Shown here: positions 28,008 to 35,362 of the stretch, in pieces
How positions within the stretch are numbered: position 1 is the first letter of the stretch
Layout of the letters: each line of letters opens with the position of its first letter
NCBI GenBank assembly: GCA_003446015.1
Contig: DMBU01000091.1
Coordinates: forward strand, 9,380-73,379
Origin: Bacteroidales bacterium
GTDB taxonomy: Bacteria > Bacteroidota > Bacteroidia > Bacteroidales > UBA12077
Direction of reading: 5' to 3'
Length of the DNA stretch: 64,000 bases
The notes under the pieces: generated by a model
Databases searched by the model: none
Seen by the model: the letters and a program-made list of their open reading frames with translations, nothing else
Told to the model about the DNA's origin: nothing
Translations under genes and position numbers: made by a program

Positions 28008-30974
28008 TTAAAATCTTACACTTAATCCAAAAAGATAAGTTCTTGGTCTTGGATAAATATTGTTATCTATTCCTCCGTATATTTCAGGATCTAATCCATC
28101 ATATCCTGTTATTGTAAATGCATTTTGAACGGTGGCATATAATCTTACACCTAAATCAACATTATTTAACATTGGTTTTAATAAATCATCAAAGGAATAA
28201 CCAAGGGTGATATTATCAACTTTTAGGAATGAAGCATCATGAATATAATAATCTGAATTCGGTTGCGCTGCATTAAACTCTGTATTATATATATCTGTAG
28301 ATAGGTTGCCAAGATAATCATTTGTAAAAATATTATCGTATCGTGCATTATCCGAGCTGATATTATCATAAATATAATTATTCAGATTTGCCCTGGCCGA
28401 TAGGTTAAAATCAAAGTTTTTGTATTCTAACCTGGTAGAAAAACCAAATATCATATTTGCTGCAGGACTTTCTGCAAAATACTTATCATCTTCATTTATA
28501 ATACCGTCATTGTTCCTGTCAACATAAGCACCCTCAATAGGTTTCCCATTGATATCATAAACTTGTTCGTATACAAAGAAAGTATTAATCGGGTAACCAA
28601 CAACATGTTTCTGAATTGTGTTTCCCGTAGCTCCAGAAATGCTTCCAACATCTACACCTTTGTAGTTGGGATCATCAAACAATGTAAGTTTTGTAATTTC
28701 ATTATCGTTATAGCTGAAATTTGCTCCTATTTCCCAGAACAAATCTTTCTTATTATAAGCTATTCCGGTTAATTCTATTTCGAATCCGGTATTTTCCAGA
28801 TTACCTACATTCGTTTTAAGTTTGTCGGCGAAATTGCTTCCTATTGCAATAGGAATTTCGTTCAATAAATCCTTTGTTTCTCTTTTATAAAACTCTAATG
28901 ACCCATTAAGTCTGTCTTTAAAAAAGCCAAAATCCAAACCAATATTATAGGTTGTTGTAGTTTCCCATTTAATATTAACATCATAAGCACTAGGTTTAAT
29001 AGTATAAAATGCATGATCACCAAATGAATACATTGCATTTTGATCGCTTACAACAAAAAGAGGCATGTATGAATAATAATCGTCACCAATATCCTGCTGC
29101 CCTGTTTGTCCATAACCTAATCTAAGTTTTAAGTTACTTATTGCGTTAATATTTTTCATGAAATCTTCATCTGAAATTCTCCATGCTAAAGCTAATGAAG
29201 GGAATAAACCCCATCTGTTATCTTCTGAAAATCTTGAAGAACCATCTTCTCTAACAGTAGCTGTTAATAGATACTTATCCATAAAAGTATAATTTAACCT
29301 ACCAAAGAAAGATATTAAATACAGTTCTTTTTCACCAGAAACCAATTTAGCTTCACCATCTTTAAACAAGATATTGTCTTCGTTGGTATCCCAGAAATGT
29401 TGCCATGAATATCCTCCCATTACATCAATCTTGCTATTGATATTATCAAGATCTTTTTTGTAATTTAGGAAAAAGTCTAAAAGGGAATTCTTTTTTTCTT
29501 GTGTATAATGCTTTTTTATCTCGGTTCTTCCGTAGGTATACCATGAAGCTTTAGGATCAATATCTTTATCTCCCTGAGAATCTGAATAATCATATCCCAA
29601 TTTCACATTAGCTTTAAGTTCAGGTAAAAAATGGAATTTATACTCAAGTTGTAAATCACCAATAAATCTATTAACTATTGATTCATCATAAGTATAATCT
29701 AAAAGGGCTACTGGATTACTTGTAGCTAGTGGGTTGGGTGTATTACTGCTATTTAGCCATGCATAATAACCTCCATACAAACCTGTTTGATTATATACAG
29801 ATTGAGTTGGGTCCATTCTTACTGCACTTCCTATCGCTCCTTTATCGGCAAATCTGTTTTCAATATAAGAATATTTTACACCAACATCAATCTTTAAATG
29901 ATCATCTAATAAAGAAGGACTTAATCTAATATTTCCGGTAGCCCTTTCATTATTGCTGGTTTTTAATATACCATCTTTATTTGAATAACTTCCTGAAGCT
30001 CTGTAAGGGATATTATATAATGAGCCGGATATACCAAGATTATGTTCTTGTCCAAATGCCGTTTTAAAAATCTCATCCTGCCAATTTGTATTGGAAGATC
30101 CAAGTTTAGCAACCGCACCAGTTGAAATTGTGCCGGCAGTTTCCAAATCAGTTACTAACTGAGTATATTCAGCAGCAGAGAGGACATCAACAGTTTTAAT
30201 GTTTTCGCTTAACGAAAATTTAGATGAATAATCTATTGTCATTTCCTTACCAAGCTTACCCGTTTTTGTAGTAATAAGAATTACCCCATTTGATGCTCTG
30301 GAACCATAAATAGCAGTAGCTGAAGCATCCTTTAAAACTGTAAAAGTCTCAATATCATCAGGATTAATGGTATTTAAAACGTTACTCATACCAGCAATAT
30401 CAGAGTTACCAACTGGTATTCCATCAATTACATACAATGGGTCGTTACTTGCTGTTAACGAAGAACCTCCACGGATTCGTACCGTTGATTTACTTCCAGG
30501 TGCACCTCCTTCTGAGGTAATTGAAACACCGGCTATTTTACCAGATATTAATTCCTGAGCCGAAGTTATTGCTCCCTGATTAAAATCTTTTGTAGAAACT
30601 GTTGTTATAGCACCAGTTGCATCACCTTTTCTAACCTGACCATAACCAATAACCACAACCTCATCTAAATATTCCACTTGCTTTTCAAGTGCAATATTTA
30701 TTTCTGTTCTTTCATTAACAACTACTTCCTGTGCTGCATATCCTACGTAGGAGAACACCAGAATTGCATCTTTAGGGACTGTTATTTCATAGTTCCCGTC
30801 AATGTTTGTAATTGCACCTATCCCCGAATTTTTTTCTAAAATAGTAACACCAGGTAATGAAATGCCTTCTTCGGCATCGGTAACATTACCCGTTACTTTT
30901 AATTGTGCTAACAAAATTCCTGGAATGAGAATTTGAAAGAAAATTAAAATTAATGTTAATCGAATTTTTTCCAT
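28008..30974 (-). CDS. susC: SusC/RagA-family TonB-dependent outer-membrane transporter
   Basis: A carboxypeptidase-regulatory-like N-domain (VTGNVTDAEEGISLPGVTI..), a plug (IRIRGGSS..PLYVIDG) and a beta-barrel ending in ..FGLSVRF. The start is set at MEKIRLTL, the signal peptide. Confidence 0.9.
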   Translation of the reverse strand: MEKIRLTLILIFFQILIPGILLAQLKVTGNVTDAEEGISLPGVTILEKNSGIGAITNIDGNYEITVPKDAILVFSYVGYAAQEVVVNERTEINIALEKQVEYLDEVVVIGYGQVRKGDATGAITTVSTKDFNQGAITSAQELISGKIAGVSITSEGGAPGSKSTVRIRGGSSLTASNDPLYVIDGIPVGNSDIAGMSNVLNTINPDDIETFTVLKDASATAIYGSRASNGVILITTKTGKLGKEMTIDYSSKFSLSENIKTVDVLSAAEYTQLVTDLETAGTISTGAVAKLGSSNTNWQDEIFKTAFGQEHNLGISGSLYNIPYRASGSYSNKDGILKTSNNERATGNIRLSPSLLDDHLKIDVGVKYSYIENRFADKGAIGSAVRMDPTQSVYNQTGLYGGYYAWLNSSNTPNPLATSNPVALLDYTYDESIVNRFIGDLQLEYKFHFLPELKANVKLGYDYSDSQGDKDIDPKASWYTYGRTEIKKHYTQEKKNSLLDFFLNYKKDLDNINSKIDVMGGYSWQHFWDTNEDNILFKDGEAKLVSGEKELYLISFFGRLNYTFMDKYLLTATVREDGSSRFSEDNRWGLFPSLALAWRISDEDFMKNINAISNLKLRLGYGQTGQQDIGDDYYSYMPLFVVSDQNAMYSFGDHAFYTIKPSAYDVNIKWETTTTYNIGLDFGFFKDRLNGSLEFYKRETKDLLNEIPIAIGSNFADKLKTNVGNLENTGFEIELTGIAYNKKDLFWEIGANFSYNDNEITKLTLFDDPNYKGVDVGSISGATGNTIQKHVVGYPINTFFVYEQVYDINGKPIEGAYVDRNNDGIINEDDKYFAESPAANMIFGFSTRLEYKNFDFNLSARANLNNYIYDNISSDNARYDNIFTNDYLGNLSTDIYNTEFNAAQPNSDYYIHDASFLKVDNITLGYSFDDLLKPMLNNVDLGVRLYATVQNAFTITGYDGLDPEIYGGIDNNIYPRPRTYLFGLSVRF

Positions 30975-31096
30975 CTTGCAATTTTTATTTTTAGGGTTAA
31001 ATTTTCCCCTAAAGTTATAAAAACCGTTATCAATTGTCAAATACAAGAATATATATATCAGACATTTACAAACACGTCAATTAACTACAGGAACTA

Positions 31097-31114
31097 TTTC
31101 AAACGTTTGCGAAA
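31097..31114. promoter_or_regulatory. LacI/PurR-type operator (TTTCAAACGTTTGCGAAA) in the susC / lacI-family divergent region
   Basis: Same 10 bp palindrome CAAACGTTTG as the other site. The reverse complement matches 10782-10799 at 17 of 18 positions. Confidence 0.6.
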
Positions 31115-31247
31115 GGAGTTTAAACAAGAACTTATTTTATTAATAATTTAAGTTTATCTAAACAATTTCTTTATTTTTTGTTAAATTGTTTGAGAATTGA
31201 AATAGTTTTCCTTTCTTCATAACAAAATTTTAACCATTTAGTTTAGT

Positions 31248-32273
31248 ATGAGAGGTCATCAGGTTACCATAAAAGATATTGCAAAAATTCTACATATTTC
31301 TCCTTCGACAGTTTCCAGGGCGTTGAAGGATCATCCTGATATTAACCCCCAAACAAAAAAGAATGTTCAGGATTTAGCCAAAAAACTCAATTATAAACCT
31401 AACCAAATAGCCCTTAACTTATTGCAACAAGAAAGTAAATTAATCGGAGTAATTATACCCGAAATAATTCACTATTTCTTTTCAACCGTAATTAGTGGAA
31501 TTGAAAAGATAGCCAATGAGTCAGGTTACCATATTATAATCACACAATCAAACGAATCTTATCACAAGGAAGTAGAAAATATTCAGGCACTTTTATCAAG
31601 TAATATTGATGGTTTTATTATTACCATGGCAAAGACAACTTTAAATTTTGATCATTTTAAAAATGTTGAAGAAATTGGTGTCCCAATGGTTTTTGTTGAC
31701 CGATCGTGCGATGCAGTTACAGCAGACAAAGTTTTGGTTGATGATTTTGACGGTGCATACAAGGCAACTAAACATTTAATCGAAAATGGATGTAAAAATA
31801 TTATTCACCTGGCAGGCCCTCAAAACTTAGATATTGGAATTCAACGTAAAGAAGGCTTTTTATCTGCATTAAATAATTCAAATATTCCAATTAATAGTTA
31901 CTCAGTTCAAATTTGCGATACACATGACCATGCTTTAAAATTAATTCCTGAATTGTTAAGCAGGCATAATAATATTGACGGAATATTTGCGGTAAATGAT
32001 TTAACTGCTATAGGTGCAATGAAAGCAGTAAAGTCGATGAATAAAAAAGTTCCCGATGACATTGCCATTTCAGGATTTACAAATTCGCATATCTCATATA
32101 TTGCTGACCCTGAATTAACAACCGTCGATCAAAAAGGCTTTGAAATGGGACAACATGCCGCAAGGATGATCCTTAAAAGGATTCATAGTGATGAAAATTA
32201 TGGCCCCGTTACTACAATTCTAAATACCGATTTAATTATTCGAAAATCTAGTTTGAAGCGAAAATTGAATTAG
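31248..32273 (+). CDS. LacI-family transcriptional regulator (predicted starch/maltose regulon repressor)
   Basis: N-terminal HTH TIKDIAKILHISPSTVSRALKD plus a periplasmic-binding-protein-like core. It is divergent from susC. Confidence 0.9.
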   Translation: MRGHQVTIKDIAKILHISPSTVSRALKDHPDINPQTKKNVQDLAKKLNYKPNQIALNLLQQESKLIGVIIPEIIHYFFSTVISGIEKIANESGYHIIITQSNESYHKEVENIQALLSSNIDGFIITMAKTTLNFDHFKNVEEIGVPMVFVDRSCDAVTADKVLVDDFDGAYKATKHLIENGCKNIIHLAGPQNLDIGIQRKEGFLSALNNSNIPINSYSVQICDTHDHALKLIPELLSRHNNIDGIFAVNDLTAIGAMKAVKSMNKKVPDDIAISGFTNSHISYIADPELTTVDQKGFEMGQHAARMILKRIHSDENYGPVTTILNTDLIIRKSSLKRKLN

Positions 32274-32719
32274 CTTGTTTGCTTTTTTTATCTGCCCATC
32301 CAGTTTACATGCCGAATGGCATTGCAGGAGGGCTTTTATCTTTTATCTTTCCTTTTCCACTAAGGTATACACTAAGTCTCACTAAAATTTCCTTTAATGC
32401 AAACTGCAAACTGCATCTTGCTCCTTTTTTAACCGCAAACCTGTTGGCAGACAGGGGTGCTGAGACGCTAAGAGCACCTTTCTTTCAATTATAAACATTG
32501 GTTTTTAAATAAGAAATCAGTTCTTCTTTTAAAGATATTGAGTTTATTATTAAATGAAAAAACACCTGTATCGTAATAACTCATTAGCAAAACCAATTGA
32601 CATAACATATAGAATATGTGAATTTTGCAATTCTTACTTTTTATTATGTAATAGCTTAACAATTTAAAGAGCTCACCTTTGTACCTGAATATTTTTTCAA
32701 AAAATTAATTTCAAAACAT

Positions 32720-34003
32720 ATGAAAACAATTAAAAAATTATCAAGCTTTGCAGTTCTTGCTTTAACAATAATGGCGGGATGTAGTCAGGATGAACCTTTA
32801 ACAAAAAGCACTGACAACATGAAATCTTCAAAATTAGATGCAATTACTGTTAACTCAATAAAAACATCTAAAAGTACTTTTGAATCAAGTGATTTGCTGC
32901 TAGGTAGCGCATCATCATTTGCAGTATTGGCTGGTACAACAGTTACCAATGCTGAGGCTTCAGTAATAACAGGTGATTTAGGTGTTAGTCCTGGCACAGC
33001 AATTACGGGATTCCAACCAGAACCTATTAACTCAATTGAAGGTCCAGGAACAGTAACTTCAGGCTTGGGAATAGTAGATGGTATCATTTATGCAAGTGGT
33101 CCTGAAGCAGTTCAAGCACAAGTGGATGCTACAATAGCTTATAATTATCTTGTTGGACAAGAACCTAATACAATCTTAGGAGATGTTTATCAACTTGATG
33201 GACAGACATTCACACCCGGAATTTATAATTTTCCATCATCTGCTAATTTGCAAGTAAACGGAACACTTACTCTTGATTTCCAGGGAAACAACGATGCTCT
33301 GTTTATTTTTCAATTAGGTAGTACACTTGTAACAATGACTAATTCAAATATAATTGCCATTAACAATGGTAACGAAACTGAATGTCTTGGTTCAAACATA
33401 TTTTGGACAGTTGGTTCTTCTGCAACTGTTGATGGTAATTCATTTATAGGAACTGTTATTGCTTTTACAAGTATTTCAATGACAAATACCGGAAATGAAT
33501 CTGGAACGACTAATGTATCAGGTAGAATGTTAGCTTTAGGTGGTGAAGTTACCATGGTTAATAGTATAATTACGACTTGTGGTACTGGAACTATTATAAC
33601 ACCAGATCCAGAACCAAATTGTACATGGAATAATGAAACAGCTTGGTCTGCAGGAACACGTTATGTAAAAAAAGGCAATTGGGCTACTTATACTTCTTAT
33701 AATGGCGTAGAAAAAACTGTAATTTTATATGCGGGTCAACACATCAATATAGGTAATGTAATATTTTCTGCTCCAATTGAAGGTAATATAACAATTACAA
33801 TTGAGCTTAATGAGTTTGGAGAATTCCAGAATATTAGCGAGAACGTTAAGATTCAGGATTATAGCACGGCTCCTTCAAAGAATCCAAAACCAGGAAGATT
33901 TGATTACAAAGCAGATGCTTCAGGTTCAACATTTGAAATGGTTGTTCCAGTAAATAGCTTCTATGGAGTACACATTGATGCAAAAAGTAAAGTGTGTAAA
34001 TAA
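32720..34003 (+). CDS. DUF3494 ice-binding-like lipoprotein with an extra C-terminal domain
   Basis: Lipobox MAGCS. DUF3494 blocks are present: SASSFAVLAGTTVTN..ITGDLGVSPGTAITGF, LTLDFQGNNDALFIFQLGSTL, NIFWTVGSSATV and SGRMLALGGEVTM. About 130 aa of unassigned C-terminal sequence follows. Confidence 0.8.
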   Translation: MKTIKKLSSFAVLALTIMAGCSQDEPLTKSTDNMKSSKLDAITVNSIKTSKSTFESSDLLLGSASSFAVLAGTTVTNAEASVITGDLGVSPGTAITGFQPEPINSIEGPGTVTSGLGIVDGIIYASGPEAVQAQVDATIAYNYLVGQEPNTILGDVYQLDGQTFTPGIYNFPSSANLQVNGTLTLDFQGNNDALFIFQLGSTLVTMTNSNIIAINNGNETECLGSNIFWTVGSSATVDGNSFIGTVIAFTSISMTNTGNESGTTNVSGRMLALGGEVTMVNSIITTCGTGTIITPDPEPNCTWNNETAWSAGTRYVKKGNWATYTSYNGVEKTVILYAGQHINIGNVIFSAPIEGNITITIELNEFGEFQNISENVKIQDYSTAPSKNPKPGRFDYKADASGSTFEMVVPVNSFYGVHIDAKSKVCK

Positions 34004-34037
34004 TTAAAAGATTAACATTTATAATCTAAATTGGAAA

Positions 34038-34071
34038 AGAGCGTTGCTTATTAAGCAACACTCTTTTTTTA
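34038..34071 (+). terminator. Intrinsic terminator after the ice-binding-like gene
   Basis: Stem agagcgttgctt/aagcaacactct with one mismatch, followed by T7. Confidence 0.7.
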
Positions 34072-34084
34072 TTTCCTTTTATCT

Positions 34085-34250
34085 TTGGATGGCTTTACAC
34101 TTTTCGTGATATTCTTCAATCAATACTAAACCCAGAGCAATTCCTGATTTTGTTGAAAATTTGCTCCAGAATTAAGCACGGCAATTCTATATCCAACGTA
34201 ATAGGTATCTCTTTTTTAACTGTATATGATATAAATAAAAAACAAAAAAT
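34085..34250 (-). pseudogene. Decayed, truncated copy of the GIY-YIG gene
   Basis: It is nucleotide-colinear with 34359-34604 (for example atatccaacgtaataggtatctcttttttaactgtatatgatataaataaaa against atatccaacataataacgatctcttttttgactatatagaatataaataaaa), but carries deletions and has no intact frame. Confidence 0.5.
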
Positions 34251-34256
34251 GTAAGA

Positions 34257-34300
34257 CACAAAAAAAGCGACAAAGAATTAACTTTATCGCTTGTGTAGCG
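34257..34300. repeat. Direct repeat copy A (tRNA 3' end plus terminator hairpin)
   Basis: The sequence aaaaagcgacaaagaattaactttatcgcttgtgtagcga is identical to 34617-34659. It contains the hairpin gcgacaaag/ctttatcgc. Confidence 0.6.
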
Positions 34301-34364
34301 ATAGGTCCCGACTTGTGTCGGGAAACTGCCGACCTTCCCGATTAAAAATCGGGACGCTCTAACC
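34296..34364 (-). pseudogene. tRNA-Lys(UUU)-like remnant lacking the 5' acceptor/D-stem, with a GC hairpin in place of the T-loop
   Basis: The minus strand reads GGTTAGAGCG-TCCCGA-TTTTTAA-TCGGGA-AGGTC-GGCAGTT[TCCCGACACAAGTCGGGA]CC-TATCGCTA. An anticodon arm with UUU is present, there is no 5' acceptor strand, and the T-arm is disrupted. Confidence 0.45.
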
Positions 34365-34604
34365 GTTCCTAATTAAGTCTTCAATATATTTTCTACTCTT
34401 CTTTTTCTTTATAGCTTTTTCCCTTCTTATGGCTTCACTCTTTTCTTGATATTCCTCAATATAAACTAGACTCCAAGGAATTCCAGACTTTGTAGAAGTT
34501 GTCGCACCAGAATTATGTTTAACGATTCTGGAATTTACATCTGAAGTATATCCAACATAATAACGATCTCTTTTTTGACTATATAGAATATAAATAAAAT
34601 ACAT
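34359..34604 (-). CDS. GIY-YIG nuclease-superfamily small protein
   Basis: MYFIYILYS..RYYVGYTSD...R...HN.G..TSTKSG.PW.LVY.E.....EA..REK.IKK.SRK is the classic short GIY-YIG pattern. The start is set at MYFIYIL because the longer ORF would cover the tRNA terminator. Confidence 0.8.
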   Translation of the reverse strand: MYFIYILYSQKRDRYYVGYTSDVNSRIVKHNSGATTSTKSGIPWSLVYIEEYQEKSEAIRREKAIKKKKSRKYIEDLIRNG

Positions 34605-34616
34605 AGATCTAATATA

Positions 34617-34659
34617 CAAAAAAAGCGACAAAGAATTAACTTTATCGCTTGTGTAGCGA
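34617..34659. repeat. Direct repeat copy B (tRNA-Met 3' end plus terminator hairpin)
   Basis: Identical to 34257-34300. On the minus strand the hairpin is followed by T7, so it acts as the terminator of tRNA-Met. Confidence 0.6.
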
Positions 34660-34727
34660 GAGGCGGAATTGAACCGCCGACCTCATGATTATGAATCATG
34701 CGCTCTAACCATCTGAGCTACCTCGCC
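34654..34727 (-). tRNA. tRNA with CAU anticodon (elongator tRNA-Met, or possibly tRNA-Ile2)
   Basis: The minus strand folds as a cloverleaf: GGCGAGG TA GCTC AGATGGTTA GAGC G CATGA TTCATAA TCATG AGGTC GGCGG TTCAATT CCGCC TCTCGCT A. It is 74 nt long and all four arms pair. Confidence 0.85.
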
Positions 34728-34744
34728 AACTATTATAATCTTAA

Positions 34745-34807
34745 GAACTTCAGCATTCAAGCGCTCTAACCCTGTCTGCAACAGGCAGGCATCCGAGCTA
34801 GCTCGCC
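34745..34807 (-). pseudogene. Duplicated 5' half of tRNA-Met with a 19 nt hairpin inserted in the D-loop
   Basis: The minus strand reads GGCGAGCTAGCTCGGATG[CCTGCCTGTTGCAGACAGG]GTTAGAGCGC. Apart from 2 mismatches and the insert, this equals the first 28 nt of the tRNA-Met. The sequence after that does not fold into an anticodon or T arm. Confidence 0.45.
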
Positions 34808-34823
34808 ATTTGTTTATGGGGTG

Positions 34824-34831
34824 CAAATATA
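34824..34831 (-). promoter_or_regulatory. Candidate -7 box (TATATTTG) driving the pseudo-tRNA / tRNA-Met transcript
   Basis: The plus-strand sequence caaatata is a perfect consensus match on the minus strand, 17 nt upstream of the pseudo-tRNA 5' end. Confidence 0.5.
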
Positions 34832-34925
34832 ATATTTTATTTTATCTTTTATAATTTCAATGTACAATTTCTAAAAAAAAAATGATATATTGCGTTACAG
34901 GGAAAAATTGCTAATAAATTGACCT

Positions 34926-35300
34926 ATGAAAAATAAATTTGAATTAGAATACACAATAAACTCATCTCCTAAAATTTTATATACCAGATTAAGCACTCCG
35001 GGAGGATTATCTGAATGGTTTGCCAATGACATAAATATACAAGGGAGTATTTATACTTTTATTTGGGAAGGTGTTGAACAGGAAGCGGAACTTACCATTA
35101 AAAAAGAAAATCAGCTTGTTCGATTTAAATGGATTGATGACGAAGATGATGCATATTTTGAATTTAAAATTCATAAAGATGAATTGACAGGAGAAGTAGC
35201 GCTCATAATTACTGATTTTGCCGAGGACAATGAAAAATCTGACATTATTGATCTATGGGATTCACAAATTGCTGAATTAAAACGTGCACTTGGGCTTTAA
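34926..35300 (+). CDS. START/AHSA1-like (SRPBCC-fold) small protein
   Basis: 124 aa. The pattern SSPKILYTRLSTPGGLSEWFA is typical of START-like domain proteins of Bacteroidota. Confidence 0.6.
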   Translation: MKNKFELEYTINSSPKILYTRLSTPGGLSEWFANDINIQGSIYTFIWEGVEQEAELTIKKENQLVRFKWIDDEDDAYFEFKIHKDELTGEVALIITDFAEDNEKSDIIDLWDSQIAELKRALGL

Positions 35301-35336
35301 TTTCCTTAAACCATTTATTCTTACGATAAAATAATT

Positions 35337-35344
35337 TATTTTTG
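35337..35344 (+). promoter_or_regulatory. Candidate -7 box (TATTTTTG) for the lptF/G-like operon
   Basis: Exact TAnnTTTG match 19 nt upstream of the TTG start at 35363. Confidence 0.4.
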
Positions 35345-35362
35345 TAATCGTTTTAATAAAAA

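Noticed and set aside
30975-31046. Upstream in-frame extensions of several ORFs: susC to 31046, GH13 to 23842, ribBA to 39408, GIY-YIG to 34631, MORN gene to 62894, GH114-like to 1810
   Set aside because: In each case an internal ATG begins a proper signal peptide or the family-typical N-terminus. The extensions would run through a terminator hairpin, a -7 promoter box or a non-ATG start.
32279-32494. 71 aa ORF in the lacI / DUF3494 intergenic region
   Set aside because: It uses a non-ATG start and has no recognisable family. Its hydrophobic, low-complexity translation is produced by reading through hairpins and tRNA-like debris. No -7 box precedes it. It is treated as non-coding.
32785-33555. 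Antisense ORFs of 100 aa and 81 aa inside the DUF3494 gene
   Set aside because: They are shadow frames opposite a strongly supported CDS. Their Pro/Val/Thr-rich translations mirror the Gly/Thr/Asn-rich sense strand.
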